A DNA stretch of 63,646 bases, filler included, from Octopus bimaculoides (taxonomy: Eukaryota), in the NCBI RefSeq assembly GCF_001194135.2. It is 6 parts of 6 records of this genome, joined end to end, with 100 filler letters (N's around TTAATTAATTAA, not from the genome) between each part and the next. Parts side by side here need not be neighbours in the genome. Positions count along the whole stretch, not along the records: positions 1 to 18,575 come from NC_069005.1; positions 18,676 to 27,466 come from NC_068989.1; 4 more parts are not named here. The stretch is one strand, 5' to 3'. This document shows positions 13,941-24,900 of the stretch, piece by piece. The translations under genes were made by a program, and so were the position numbers. Position 1 is the stretch's first letter. Every line of letters begins with the position of its first letter. The notes under the pieces were generated by a model, which was not told the origin of the DNA, made no database searches, and was given only the letters and a program-made list of their open reading frames with translations.

Positions 13941-14105
13941 TACGACAGGCTTCTTTCAGTTTCCGTCTACCAAATCCACTCACAAGGCTTTGGTCGGCCC
14001 GAGGCTATAGTAGAAGACACTTGCTCAAGGTGCCACGCAGTGGGACTGAACCCAGAACCGTGTGGTTGGTAAGCAAGCTACTTACCACACAGCCACTCCT
14101 GCGCT
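13823..14105 (-). mobile_element. SINE family A, head and body
   Basis: Matches 48775-49056, with the head CTTACCACACAGCCACTCCTGCGC at the right end. Confidence 0.9.
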
Positions 14106-14164
14106 TATATATATATATAACAACCACGGCGACAACAACCACAACGTAGTACAAAAGAGGGAGT

Positions 14165-14375
14165 CTCTATGAGGTCACTTAATTGGCTAGAAACAGCAGC
14201 TAAGTTTTCCTCCAAATGACATTTCACCAACTGGATAATAGGATCTGGGAACACTGCATACTGAGTAAAAAGGAAGGAGTGTCATGGCCGAATTGGCTGG
14301 ACGTTGTCTGATCAATAAATAAACCTGCTGACTGCTCAATGAGGTTTCATTTGACTCAGGGTTAAACAACACAAT
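14165..14375 (+). mobile_element. Degenerate SINE-like family G; second copy at 25785-26000
   Basis: Both copies share GCTAGAAA.(A/G)GCAGC at the start and GGGTTAAACAA at the end. Confidence 0.5.
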
Positions 14376-14989
14376 ACCAGACGCAAAATTGATGAGGTAT
14401 CATATCTACCGAGATAGTNNNNNNNNNNNNNNNNNNNNNNNNNNNNNNNNNNNNNNNNNNNNNNNNNNNNNNNNNNNNNNNNNNNNNNNNNNNNNNNNNN
14501 NNNNNNNNNNNNNNNNNNNNNNNNNNNNNNNNNNNNNNNNNNNNNNNNNNNNNNNNNNNNNNNNNNNNNNNNNNNNNNNNNNNNNNNNNNNNNNNNNNNN
14601 NNNNNNNNNNNNNNNNNNNNNNNNNNNNNNNNNNNNNNNNNNNNNNNNNNNNNNNNNNNNNNNNNNNNNNNNNNNNNNNNNNNNNNNNNNNNNNNNNNNN
14701 NNNNNNNNNNNNNNNNNNNNNNNNNNNNNNNNNNNNNNNNNNNNNNNNNNNNNNNNNNNNNNNNNNNNNNNNNNNNNNNNNNNNNNNNNNNNNNNNNNNN
14801 NNNNNNNNNNNNNNNNNNNNNNNNNNNNNNNNNNNNNNNNNNNNNNNNNNNNNNNNNNNNNNNNNNNNNNNNNNNNNNNNNNNNNNNNNNNNCGATGTAA
14901 TCGACTTAATCCCTTTGTCTGTCCTTGTTTGTCCCCTCTGTGTTTAGCCCTTTGTGGGCAATAAAGAAATAAGAAGCTAGCTACCCAAC

Positions 14990-15100
14990 CACCTTTCGCA
15001 AGTGTCTTCTACTGTAGCCTGGGGCTGACCAAAGCCTTGTGAGTGGATTTGGTAGACAGAAACTGAAAGAAGCCTGTCGTATATATTATATCTGTGTGTT

Positions 15101-15148
<48 letters not shown>

Positions 15149-15325
15149 TTGCCCTATCAACACTTGACAACCAGCGTTGGTGTGATTACATCCCCGTAAC
15201 ATAGCAGTTCAGCAAAAGACACTGATAGAATAAGTACTGGGTTCGATTCATTCGTCTAAAAATTCAAGGTGGTGCCCCAGCATGGCCATAGTCAAACGAC
15301 CGAGACAGGTAAAAGATAAAAGACA
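14990..15325 (+). mobile_element. SINE family A body and tail with internal (TG)n
   Basis: GCAAGTGTCTTCTACTGTAGCC...CCAGCATGGCCATAGTCAAA...GAGACAGGTAAAAGATAAAAGA. Confidence 0.85.
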
Positions 15326-15420
15326 TGTACGTAATGTACTGTATCTGGTGAGAGATAAATACTTGATAAACACAATACGTGTTTTTATGTCATATATATA
15401 TGTACTATATATATATATAG

Positions 15421-15480
<60 letters not shown>

Positions 15481-15530
15481 GACGGGCTCCTTTCAGTTTC
15501 CATCTACCAAATCCACTCACAAGGCTTTGG

Positions 15531-15981
15531 TCGGCCCGAGACTATATTAGAAGGCACTCGCCCAAGGTGCCACGCAGTGGGACTGAACCCTGGACCGTGT
15601 GGTTGGTAAGCAAGCTTCTTACCATACAGCCACTCCTGCTACTATGTATATTTTTATTAACATTTAGCAGAAGTAACAGAGTGACTCAAGTTCTGAGAGT
15701 TTCATGTGTTGGCACTTATCACACTAGTCTCAGGTCGAAGGTCTATTAGTTTATATAGGTGATATAAACTAACATACCTTCGAACTGTCATTACTTTGAT
15801 AAGTGCCAACACACGAAACTCCCAGAACTTGAGTCACTCTGTTACTTCAACTAAATGTTAATAAAAATATACATAGGAGTGGCTGTATGGTGAGACGCTT
15901 GCTTACCGACCATATGGTTCCTGGTTCAGTCCCACTGCGTGGCACCTTGGGCAAGTGTCTTCTGCTAGAGCCTCGGGCCGA
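15531..15981. repeat. ~450 bp fold-back: two divergent SINE A heads joined by an inverted-repeat core
   Basis: 15642-15721 and 15797-15876 are reverse complements at 76/80 by eye. The SINE heads extend each arm by ~110 bp, and an inner stem closes near 15759. Confidence 0.9.
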
Positions 15982-16143
15982 TGTATTAGTTTAACATTCG
16001 GGAAGTGAGAAAGCTTTTTGTGTTTCGAGCCTACGCTCTTCAACAGAAAGGAACACAGAAATGACAATCCTTAGTCAGCTGTGAGCAATCTGTCATGTAT
16101 ATATATATATATATATGATACAGAAAATATCTACAATATATGT

Positions 16144-16177
<34 letters not shown>

Positions 16178-16342
16178 TTATATATATATATATATATATA
16201 TAGACATACACACATTAAACCTCAACTCATCTGAGGCCTGTACATAAACGTTAGTGTAGCAGAGCTTATGTGATCAAAATTTTGCGAAATAGAGTTAAAT
16301 CTAGCCATACATTTAGAATTGACATATAACGGAGCTGAATAT

Positions 16343-16394
<52 letters not shown>

Positions 16395-16764
16395 AACTTT
16401 TAACATAATTTTTAAAGTAGAATCACCATGACATGGAGCGTAACAAACAACAAAAAAGGTGTCTTTTGAATTACAGGTAGACTCCAGCATCTGACTGACC
16501 TCCCACGTAACTTTTTCCACCTCTCTGATTTGATTTCACTGACAACAGAACCACACACCCCACCCATGGGCACAGCAACAACAAAACAAAAAAACAAAAG
16601 CACATATCTAAAGTGCACAGCAAGGGCATTGAACTCGAGACCTCTCTGATAACAAACTCTAAGATCCTGAACAGCCTCACATCATGTTTTGTACTCTTAA
16701 ACCCACACCTTTAACTAACGAGGAATCCATAACACTAGGTGCTACACAGAGGTGTCTTTTCATT

Positions 16765-17000
16765 TCTTTATCTTTTACCTGTTTTTACCTGTTTTTTCAG
16801 GCATTAGATCGCGGCCATGTTAGAGCACTGCCTTGAAGACTAATTAGTTGAATGAATTAACCCCAATATTCGTATTTTTTTTTAATGCCTACTACTTACT
16901 CAATTGGTCCCTTTTTTGCCAAACCACTCAATTATTGGGACATAAACACACCAACACCCCTTGTCAAACAGTGGTGGGGGACAAACATACACACAAAGAC
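16765..17000 (-). mobile_element. SINE family A, degenerate 3' half
   Basis: GCGGCCATGTTAGAGCACTGCC...GGGACATAAACACACC...GGGGGACAAAC. Confidence 0.7.
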
Positions 17001-18332
17001 ACTCACTGATATATCTCATCATCATCATCATTTAACGTCTGCTTTCCATGCTGGCATGGGTTGGACGATTTCACAGGAGCTTGGCTAGGCTTCTGTTCCT
17101 AACCACCAAATCCACAATATATATATATATATGAATTTAGAGGGATATATTATCTGGGCAGATACTGTGGTAGCTCTCAGTTATGCTCCAGATTATGGCT
17201 AACTGCATTGATTAGTACTTAACGTCTATTACTACCATGAGTTGTCACACACGCTGTAAATCCTTCTGATGGGTAATTCAGTGTTTACTTTACTGGATGC
17301 TAATATTATCTGGAGTGTATATTTGAAATAATTATGATGATAGAGAATGTGGAGACTGGTACAGCCTCACAATTTATTTCTTTTTAATTTTATCATAAAA
17401 TAAAAGGAAATTAATTTTCGAGGATGCACCAGTCTCCATCTTCTCTATCATCATTATTGTGTATTTTATCAGTGAGTCTGTGTTTCTTTTGTCTTCTAAT
17501 GTCTTTATTGATTGAAAGCAACGGCCTCATCAATGATACATGAGATGGTGTCATTTGCTTGCGGTCCGTCGTGAAAGTGTGTCGGGGGTTACTCGGCATA
17601 TCGTGACAGGTTATGCGATTACATGATCTTTGTGAACAAAAGGACCATTCATACGGTGTCATTTCTTCTCATTTCTCCAAGTAACACTTTCCGGTGGGGA
17701 AGGGCGTTCTGTTGTTCAACAAATTGGAAGGCTTATTACATCACTTTGGAACGAGTACAATTCGGCATCAAGAAGGAAGGGTCTTTGACCGCAAGAAACT
17801 CTGTTACAAAGCATTTACCATCTGATCGATGTAAGTATGGAAAAGTAGACATTAAGACGAAGGTGATGGTGTGTATGTGGGTGGCTCTTCATCGTTTGAA
17901 TATGAGGATGCAGTTGTTTGATCTCTGATAAATTACCTGCCCCTGAATTAGGGTCTAAGTGGCTGAGCAATCCAAATACATATATATCCTTTAATGTAAT
18001 TTTGAGGGAGAATCAATATGATAGTGTGTATGTGTATGTGTGACAAGACTATATAAATCTATACAATGGGCTTCACTAAGTTTTCTTCTAACCAATTTCA
18101 CTCACATTATATATATATATGGAGTGACCTGAAGCTCTACAAAATGACAATCGGCCAAAATAGCAGCTGTGGAATCAGTGGTTGACCAAATAGAGAGTGA
18201 TAAAAAAGTACCAATAGGGAAATACACAGCAGTATTGATGTAACTGCCTGACAGGTTTTACTGTAGTGCCCCAGGGTGACAGCAATTCAGTCAAGGATTG
18301 AAACATGTAAAATCCTAAAAGAATGTATATAT

Positions 18333-18575
18333 ACTCTTTACTCTTTCACTTGTTTCAGTCAGTTGACTGCGGCCATGCTGGAGCACCGCCTTTACTCAAG
18401 CAAATCGACCCCAGAACTTATTCTTTGGAAGCCTAGTACTTATTCTATCGGTCTCTTTTGCCGAACCGCTAGGTTACGGGGACGTAAACACACCAGCATC
18501 AGTTGTCAAGCAATGTTGGGGGGACAAACACAGACACACAAACACACATATACATATATACGACGGGCTTCTTTC
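18333..18575 (-). mobile_element. SINE family A, 3' two-thirds
   Basis: Near-identical to 48645-48900. Confidence 0.9.
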
Positions 18576-18619
18576 NNNNNNNNNNNNNNNNNNNNNNNNN
18601 NNNNNNNNNNNNNNNNNNN

Positions 18620-18631
18620 TTAATTAATTAA
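18620..18631. other. Assembly linker TTAATTAATTAA inside an N gap (also 27511-27522, 49766-49777, 56933-56944, 62095-62106)
   Basis: The same 12-mer is embedded in similarly sized N runs five times and gives stops in all six frames. It is not biological. Confidence 0.9.
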
Positions 18632-18674
18632 NNNNNNNNNNNNNNNNNNNNNNNNNNNNNNNNNNNNNNNNNNN

Positions 18675-18955
18675 NAAACAGAAACAATTCCTATCATAGC
18701 AGGTGCCTTAGGTATAATAAAAAAATATTCAGACAAATACATAACAAAAACACCAGGACTTACAAATATATATAACATACAGAAAATTGCACTACTGGGC
18801 ACTGTACACATACTACGCAAAACACTTTCAATACAGTAACCATAAGAGCATCACAGCAAACACAGCACATACCCAAGGCACACAAAGCTGCACTCGGTAG
18901 TGAAGTGAAAGCATGTTATAAAAATAAAACTACTGAACAATAATAATAATAATAA
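18675..18955 (+). mobile_element. R4/Dong-like LINE 3' end (restriction-like endonuclease C-terminus, 3' UTR, (AAT)n)
   Basis: Translates ETIPIIAGALGIIKKYSDKYITKTPGLTNIYNIQKIALLGTVHILRKTLSIQ*. The same family occurs at 61765-62050(-) and 40668-40790(-). Confidence 0.85.
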
Positions 18956-18957
18956 TG

Positions 18958-19158
18958 GTTTCAAATTTTGCTACAAGGGCAGCCATTTTAGGGGAGGGGA
19001 TGTGTCGATTACATCGACCCCCAGTGTTTCACTGGTACTTTATTTATCAACTCCGAAAGGATGAAAGGCAAAGTCAACCTCAGTGGAATTTGAACTCAGA
19101 ACATAGTGATAGGTGAAATACTGCTGAGCATTTTGTCCAGTGTGCTAACGATTCTGCC
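18958..19158 (-). mobile_element. SINE family B
   Basis: Standard B body, tail-to-tail with the preceding LINE in a shared (AAT)n. Confidence 0.85.
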
Positions 19159-19159
19159 A

Positions 19160-19708
19160 TGGCAAGAACGATCCACTGGGAGCTCTGTGGAAATCACAGC
19201 CTTCAAAGAGAGCAAAGAAGTGGTATGAAGTCACCAAGAATGAGAATTGCAAAAATCCTGTGGGATCAATGATCCAATGTGATCACCTGACCAGACATTG
19301 TTGTGGTGAATAAAAATGAAAGAACATGCATGATAATCAACATAGCATGCCCCGGTGACAACAGGATCAATGTGAAAGAAGAAGAAAAAATAATTAACTA
19401 TGACGATTTGAAGTGGGGAATATGAAGGTTATGGTCAATGAGGAGAGTAGACTTGATACCAATAGAAATTGGTGCACTTGGAAGTATCAGCACTCAACTA
19501 CCAGCATGGCTAAAAAAGACAAAAAGACTGGTGCAAAGGTGAAGGTAGAACACCTACAAAAATCAGCATTACTTGAAACTACAAGAATTCTTCGCAGGGT
19601 TCTTAAGCATGACCAGTAAACAAGTGTCACCTTAATCTGCTGACTGTGGACAGTAGAGGCTTTCCATCATACCCAGCAAAATAAGCTGTGAGTTTTCATC
19701 ACATAATA
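19160..19708 (+). pseudogene. Second R4/Dong-like LINE 3' fragment, decayed restriction-like endonuclease domain
   Basis: Across frameshifts it reads PDIVVVNKNERTC.IINIACPGDNRI..KEEEKI.NYDDLKW...IPIEIGALG...KVEHLQKSALLETTRILRRVL, the PD..D-type EN signature of R2/R4-group LINEs. Confidence 0.85.
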
Positions 19709-19714
19709 ATAGTT

Positions 19715-19925
19715 TCAAATTTTGGTGTAAAGTCAGCAAACTTAGGCGAGAGGGTACATCAATTATATTGAATCCAGTATTCAACTGGTACTTGTTTTAT
19801 CTATCCCGAAAGGATGAAAGGCAAAGTCAGCCTCATTAGAATTTGAACTCAGAACCTAAAGCTGGAAAAAATGCTGATAAGCATTTTGTCCAGCATGGTA
19901 ATGATTCTGCCAGCTCACTGCCTTC
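19715..19925 (-). mobile_element. SINE family B
   Basis: B body and head immediately after the LINE (AAT) tail. Confidence 0.8.
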
Positions 19926-19934
19926 TTAATAATA

Positions 19935-20540
19935 ATATGCAGTACCAGGCAATGGCTCTCATGGCTTTTCATCTTAACTGATTGGAAGTGTTATGTGCAT
20001 GTTTTGTCTTGGTAGAAAAGATTGGCTACAGCAAATATTCTACTCAATACCACAGATTTGCTTGTCAGTTGTTTGATCTTAACCAGTTGAGCATGTCCCT
20101 TCGTGGTTGANNNNNNNNNNTCTTAACCAGTTGAGCATGTCCCTTCGTGGTTGACAATATGTGCATCTCTGATCATGAGCAGAAGTAGTGGTGGAGCATC
20201 ATAGCCATGTGTTGAGGGGAATTATTTGAAGTTTGGATAATTCCCCTTTGGAAACATGGGTTTTTTGTTCATCATCCTTAAAACAAACCTTATTCAGTGA
20301 CCTTTTGAGTAGGATGGGCTACTTGGCCTGAATAAAATTCTAACTGGGTCCCACCTGCAAGGTCATGTATTGTTTTACTTAATATGAAATCACCATGTCA
20401 TGCACATATGGCTGTGATGCATGTGCCTGGTGTACCCTTATCAGACGAGTAGTCATGATGGGTATATTAGGCTTTCTATATTTGTATCCCAATGTCACTT
20501 TGATGGCATGTGCTGCTTCCTCACTCAATAATAATAATTC
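19935..20540 (+). mobile_element. Dispersed ~600 bp repeat family F with (AAT)n tail; partial copies 37717-38000(+), 40505-40665(-), 49230-49410(+)
   Basis: Multi-copy blocks such as GTGCCTGGTGTACCCTTATCAGACG.GTAGTCATGATGGGTATATT and TTAACCAGTTGAGCATGTCCC. A retroposon nature is inferred from the tail. Confidence 0.8.
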
Positions 20541-20659
20541 TTTCTACTATAGGCACAAGGCCTGAAATATGTAGGAGGGGGCTAGTCAACTACATCAACC
20601 TCAGTGCTCCACTGGTACTTATTTAATCGACCCTGAAAGTATGAAAGGCAACACGGCTG

Positions 20660-21830
20660 CTTTTCATTCTTGCTCTACTGGTATTGGATACATGGATGTC
20701 AGGCCATACCTTGCAACCTTAGTATCCAGCATCTTTCTTATAGTCCTCACTATGCCAAACAAACATATTTTCTGTAGAATCAAGAAATTCATCTTAATAT
20801 CCAATATCTTCAGTCAACCACTCAAACTTCTTGAAACTCTTCCCATGGCTCCTAGTACTATAAGGATAAGAATAATTCTATAGTAATTCCAAATTCTTTG
20901 AAGAGCTATTACATGCTACATTAGTTAGTGGAGGTATTGTCTTGGGGTTTGGTGGCAACAAGTCTCCTCAAATCTCAAGAATCTTTCATAGGATTCTTGA
21001 AGCATACAGAATTACACTTTTCTGCAGGTTGAAAATGTGAGTCTCAACTCCAATATCATTCAACCAGTAAGGTAGCAGTTTGGGTGTTATACCAAATGCA
21101 CTAATTACAAGAACAGTTGTCACCTTAGTCTTCCACAGTCTCTTTATCTCTCTGGCTAAGCCCTGATACTTCTCAGTTTCTTTGGTATCCACTCTGTTAT
21201 ATGGTATTGCAAAGTCAATGATCTTACACTTTTTTCTTCTCTACTATCATATCCTTTGCTTCAGTAACATTGCCAGTCTTTATGGAAGAATCCCATAAAA
21301 TCCCATAATTATTATTCTCTGACACAAGTTCTGATTCATACCACTTTTCTGCTACTTTGTATCCATACACTCAGCTAACATTCCAATGCTCTCTTTTACT
21401 GACAATCATTCCTGCATTTATACAGTTTTTGTGCTAATCTACTGCATTCTTAAGAGACAGTTAATACTTTCATCACCTTTTCCACAGATTCTGCGTTTGT
21501 GTGAATTTAGTAAATCCTATCTTCATCAAATTTCATTCTAATCTCTTGTTCTTGAATGGCTAAAATTAGCAATTTGGTTTCTTGCTTCAAGTTTCCACCT
21601 GTCAGCCACAACCAGTGTTCTTTACTTCAAATATCCTAAGTTTGTTGCATGAATTAGCCATGTAATTCTTTCTCTGTCCAGTTATTTGTCTTGTTTTTCT
21701 TCTGTCCTTGAATACTTTTATTGTTTTGGTAACTTTTAGGATATTTCTAGCTGCTAATGGTATTCTTTCTTCACTACATACAGAATACTTTTGCACACCC
21801 AATATTGCAGCAAACATCATCATTATTATT
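20660..21830 (-). pseudogene. Two adjacent R4/Dong-like LINE 3' fragments (20660-20890 and 20930-21830)
   Basis: KIIDFAIPYNRVDTKETEKYQGLAREIKRLWKTKVTTVLVISAFG...NLQKSVILYASRIL, with an upstream decayed Cys/His knuckle region. The second fragment reads IVLGAMG...ILQKICLFGIVRTIRKML. Confidence 0.8.
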
Positions 21831-21834
21831 ATGA

Positions 21835-22050
21835 AGACAGTGAGCTAGTAGAATCATTAGCACACCAGACGAAATGCCTAGCAGCATTTTGTCCATCTGT
21901 ATGTTTTGAGTTCTAATTCCACTAAGGTCAATTTTGCCTTTCGTCCTTTTGGAGTCGATAAATTAAGTACCAGTGAAACATTAGCGTCGATGTAATCGAC
22001 TAGTCCTCTCCCCACAAAACTTTCAGGCGTTGTACCTTTACTAGAAAGGA
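21835..22050 (+). mobile_element. SINE family B
   Basis: TGAGCTAGTAGAATCATTAGC head, GAGTTCTAATTCC B-box, (ATT) tail. Confidence 0.8.
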
Positions 22051-22828
22051 TAATTATTATTAGTTCAATACCTGTTGCTACACTGCCAGTTAAAAATATT
22101 TTTAAATCATACATGTACCTTCATAAATTGTGCAAATAATGTTTAGATTGACTTTCTTAGCGAACATTAGTAACAGCTTGAATACTGTTGAACAATAACA
22201 TTTATTTAGAACAGAAAGAACACAACAAAGAGAAAAATTAGAGGAAAGCAGAATAAACACAAGACTTGACAAAAACTTATCGGATGGGAAATTTAGGCAA
22301 AAACACGATACACAGAATATTTGCAGCTGATTTCCTTGTCAGTCAGTGACTCAAGAGGCACTAGAGAATTAAGCTTCTGGGGGAAAGCTAGCAAACGTAT
22401 ACAAGAACAGAAACAAACTGAAATAATACTATGTACACAACAAAAAATTTATAAATACTACAGAAAAAGAATTATGCATATATAACAGAATGAAGCCTTT
22501 CAGCTATACAACAGAAGGAAAAGAATAATTATACATATACCACAAATATAATAGAAAGAACTTTTGGTAAGATTTCCTTTTGTACCCCACAAAAAACACC
22601 CCTTTTTAAAAAATTTTATTCTTTTTTCTACACAAAACCTGTTTTCGGCTATGGATAATACAAATATGCCAAAAAAATTGGCAAAAATCAGCATTTTGAA
22701 ATTACACCCACCCCACCCCACTAAGTTCTTAACTTTTTTCAGAATTTTTTTTCTTTTTCAAAACATGCAGAAAAATATGGAAATTATGATTCATAAAAAA
22801 AAATTTCCAAAAATTTTTGTAGTTACAG

Positions 22829-23041
22829 TTAGGGTTAAGGTTTTAGGGTTATGGTTACAGTTAAGGTTTTAGGGCTAGGATTAGGGTTTTAGGGTTAGGG
22901 TTTTAGGGTTAGGGTTAGGGTTATGGTTACGGTTAGGGTTTTAGGGTTACGGTTATGGTTAGAGTTTTAGGGTTAGGGTTAGGGTTTTAGGGTTAGGTTA
23001 GGGTTTTAGGGTTAGGGTTATGGTTATGGTTAGGGTTAGGG
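22829..23041 (+). repeat. Interstitial telomere-like array (TTAGGG with TTTTAGGG/TTATGG/TTACGG variants)
   Basis: Read directly. It is flanked by a 25-bp inverted repeat at 22679-22703 / 23086-23110. Confidence 0.9.
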
Positions 23042-23978
23042 AAGAAAGTGAAAAATGAAGAGGTTTGGGGTATGGGGGAGGGCGAAATTTCAAAATGCTG
23101 ATTTTTGGCAATTTTCCGAAATCTCCATATCCAAAAAAAAAAAATTGGGGAGAAAATGAAGGGGGATGGGAGGAAGTCTTTCCGAACTTTTCAGCTACCG
23201 GACAGACGTAATGGGGTGGTGCTTTGCAATAGACTAGCACAAAAAGTATATAAATGCAGGAATGACTGTCAATAAAAGAGAGCATTGGTATGTTAGCTGA
23301 GTGTATGGATACAAAGTAGCAGAAAAGTGATATGAATCAGAGCTAGAGCTGGTATGTGTCAGAGATGAAACAGAGAAAGTCCAAGCGGACATAGCAGGAG
23401 CTCAGATAAGCATAACTGTCTGGTCAGAGGCAGGCCAAAAAAGAACTGCACCGGTCACATGGTAGGACAGAGGAAGTGTTGTGGAGGGCAGAGGGACTGA
23501 AGAATGAAAGAGAGGGAACGAGAGAGACACAGAGTGAGGAAAGAAAAGTACAAGGAAGGTAAGCAAGGACAGAAAGTGATAGGGTAAGAGTAGAAATGGA
23601 AAGAGATAGAGTAAGAGTAGAGAGGGAAAGAGATAGAGTAAGAGTCACACAATAAATATTCAAGGAATATTTTTTATAATAAAGTAAACAGAGTGTTCAT
23701 TGTGCTACATTGATATATTAAAGGTTGAACAGAAAGAACACAACAAAAAGAAAAATTAGATGAAAGTAGAGCAAATGGAAAACTAGGCGAAAACTTAACA
23801 GACGGGAAATTTAAGCAAAAACACGATACATGGAATATTCACAGCTGATTTCCTTGTCATTCAATGACCCAAGATACCATTGTGGTTTCATGCCAGTTTT
23901 TTCGAAGGCTGTGTCTATATGTTGAAAGACATGCAGAAACGAGTGCACACATGCACAGGCACACACACACACACACAC

Positions 23979-24023
<45 letters not shown>

Positions 24024-24099
24024 TAAAAATAACTATATGTAGTGTATATATGTAAGTGGGTACCCAAAAGAAACGGGAATTTTGCAATATTATTTTATT

Positions 24100-24900
24100 C
24101 ACTTAGTTTTACATGTTTACATTTTTATTACTTTCAAAGTATTCTCCATTTGAAGCAATGCATTGGTCCAGACACGTTTTCAAAGCAGAGCTTGAACTCT
24201 TGCAAAATGATGCCTTTTAACGCCCCTTGCAAAGTGATACCTTTTAATGCAGTCGGTTTTTTTCTTCACATCTTCCACATCTGATAATTCCGTAATACCA
24301 GCTTTTGTCATTAGTGATGACCTTCGAAAAAAGGTCCAGATCAATTTCCAACTGTACTTTCAGTTCACAACATGCATTGAGCTGTGACTGCTTTTGATTT
24401 TCCGTGAGCAAGCAAGGCACAAATTTTGATGCAACTTTTCATTCACAATTTCTTGCTCAAAATTAAATTGGCAGGAGCTCCGGGACACACCTGTCATATC
24501 AACAAGTTCATCAATTGTTCAGTGATGGTCCTTCAAGATCAGTTCATAAATTTTCATGATGTTTTCATTCATTCAGGAGGTCGATGGATGCCCTGAACAA
24601 GGTTGGTCTTCAAGCAACAAGTGACCATTCATAAAGCATGGAAACCACTTATAAGCTTGTGTTTTGCTCATGGCAGCATCCTTGTAAGCTGTTAGAAGCA
24701 TGACAAATGTTTGGGCTGCCATTTTCCCCAGCAGAAAACAGAATTTCACAGAAGCACATTGTTCTTTCATTTCAGCCATTGCAAAAATTGGTGAATGGGA
24801 GAAGCACTGCAGAGCAAAGACACCACATGGCAGCAGGACTATGCTCACCACCACCGATTGGCATACTGCATTTTAAATCAAAATTTTTGTTAGTTACTAT
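24100..24900 (-). mobile_element. Internally deleted mariner element (transposase pseudogene)
   Basis: N-terminus EQCASVKFCFLLGK...KWF...LEDQPCSGHPSTS, then VITNDKSWY (first catalytic-D region), jumping to the C-terminal DVEDVKKK...CIASNGEYFE. Confidence 0.85.

Noticed and set aside
17623-17928. 101 aa ORF with an internal GTAAGT donor-like site at 17831
   Set aside because: No recognisable domain, no convincing acceptor, and other frames are closed.
20077-20154. 34-bp tandem duplication in family F
   Set aside because: The copies flank a 10-N gap, so this is a contig-overlap artefact.
22829-23041. True telomere or chromosome fusion point
   Set aside because: Short, variant-rich, single orientation, with no head-to-head CCCTAA array.
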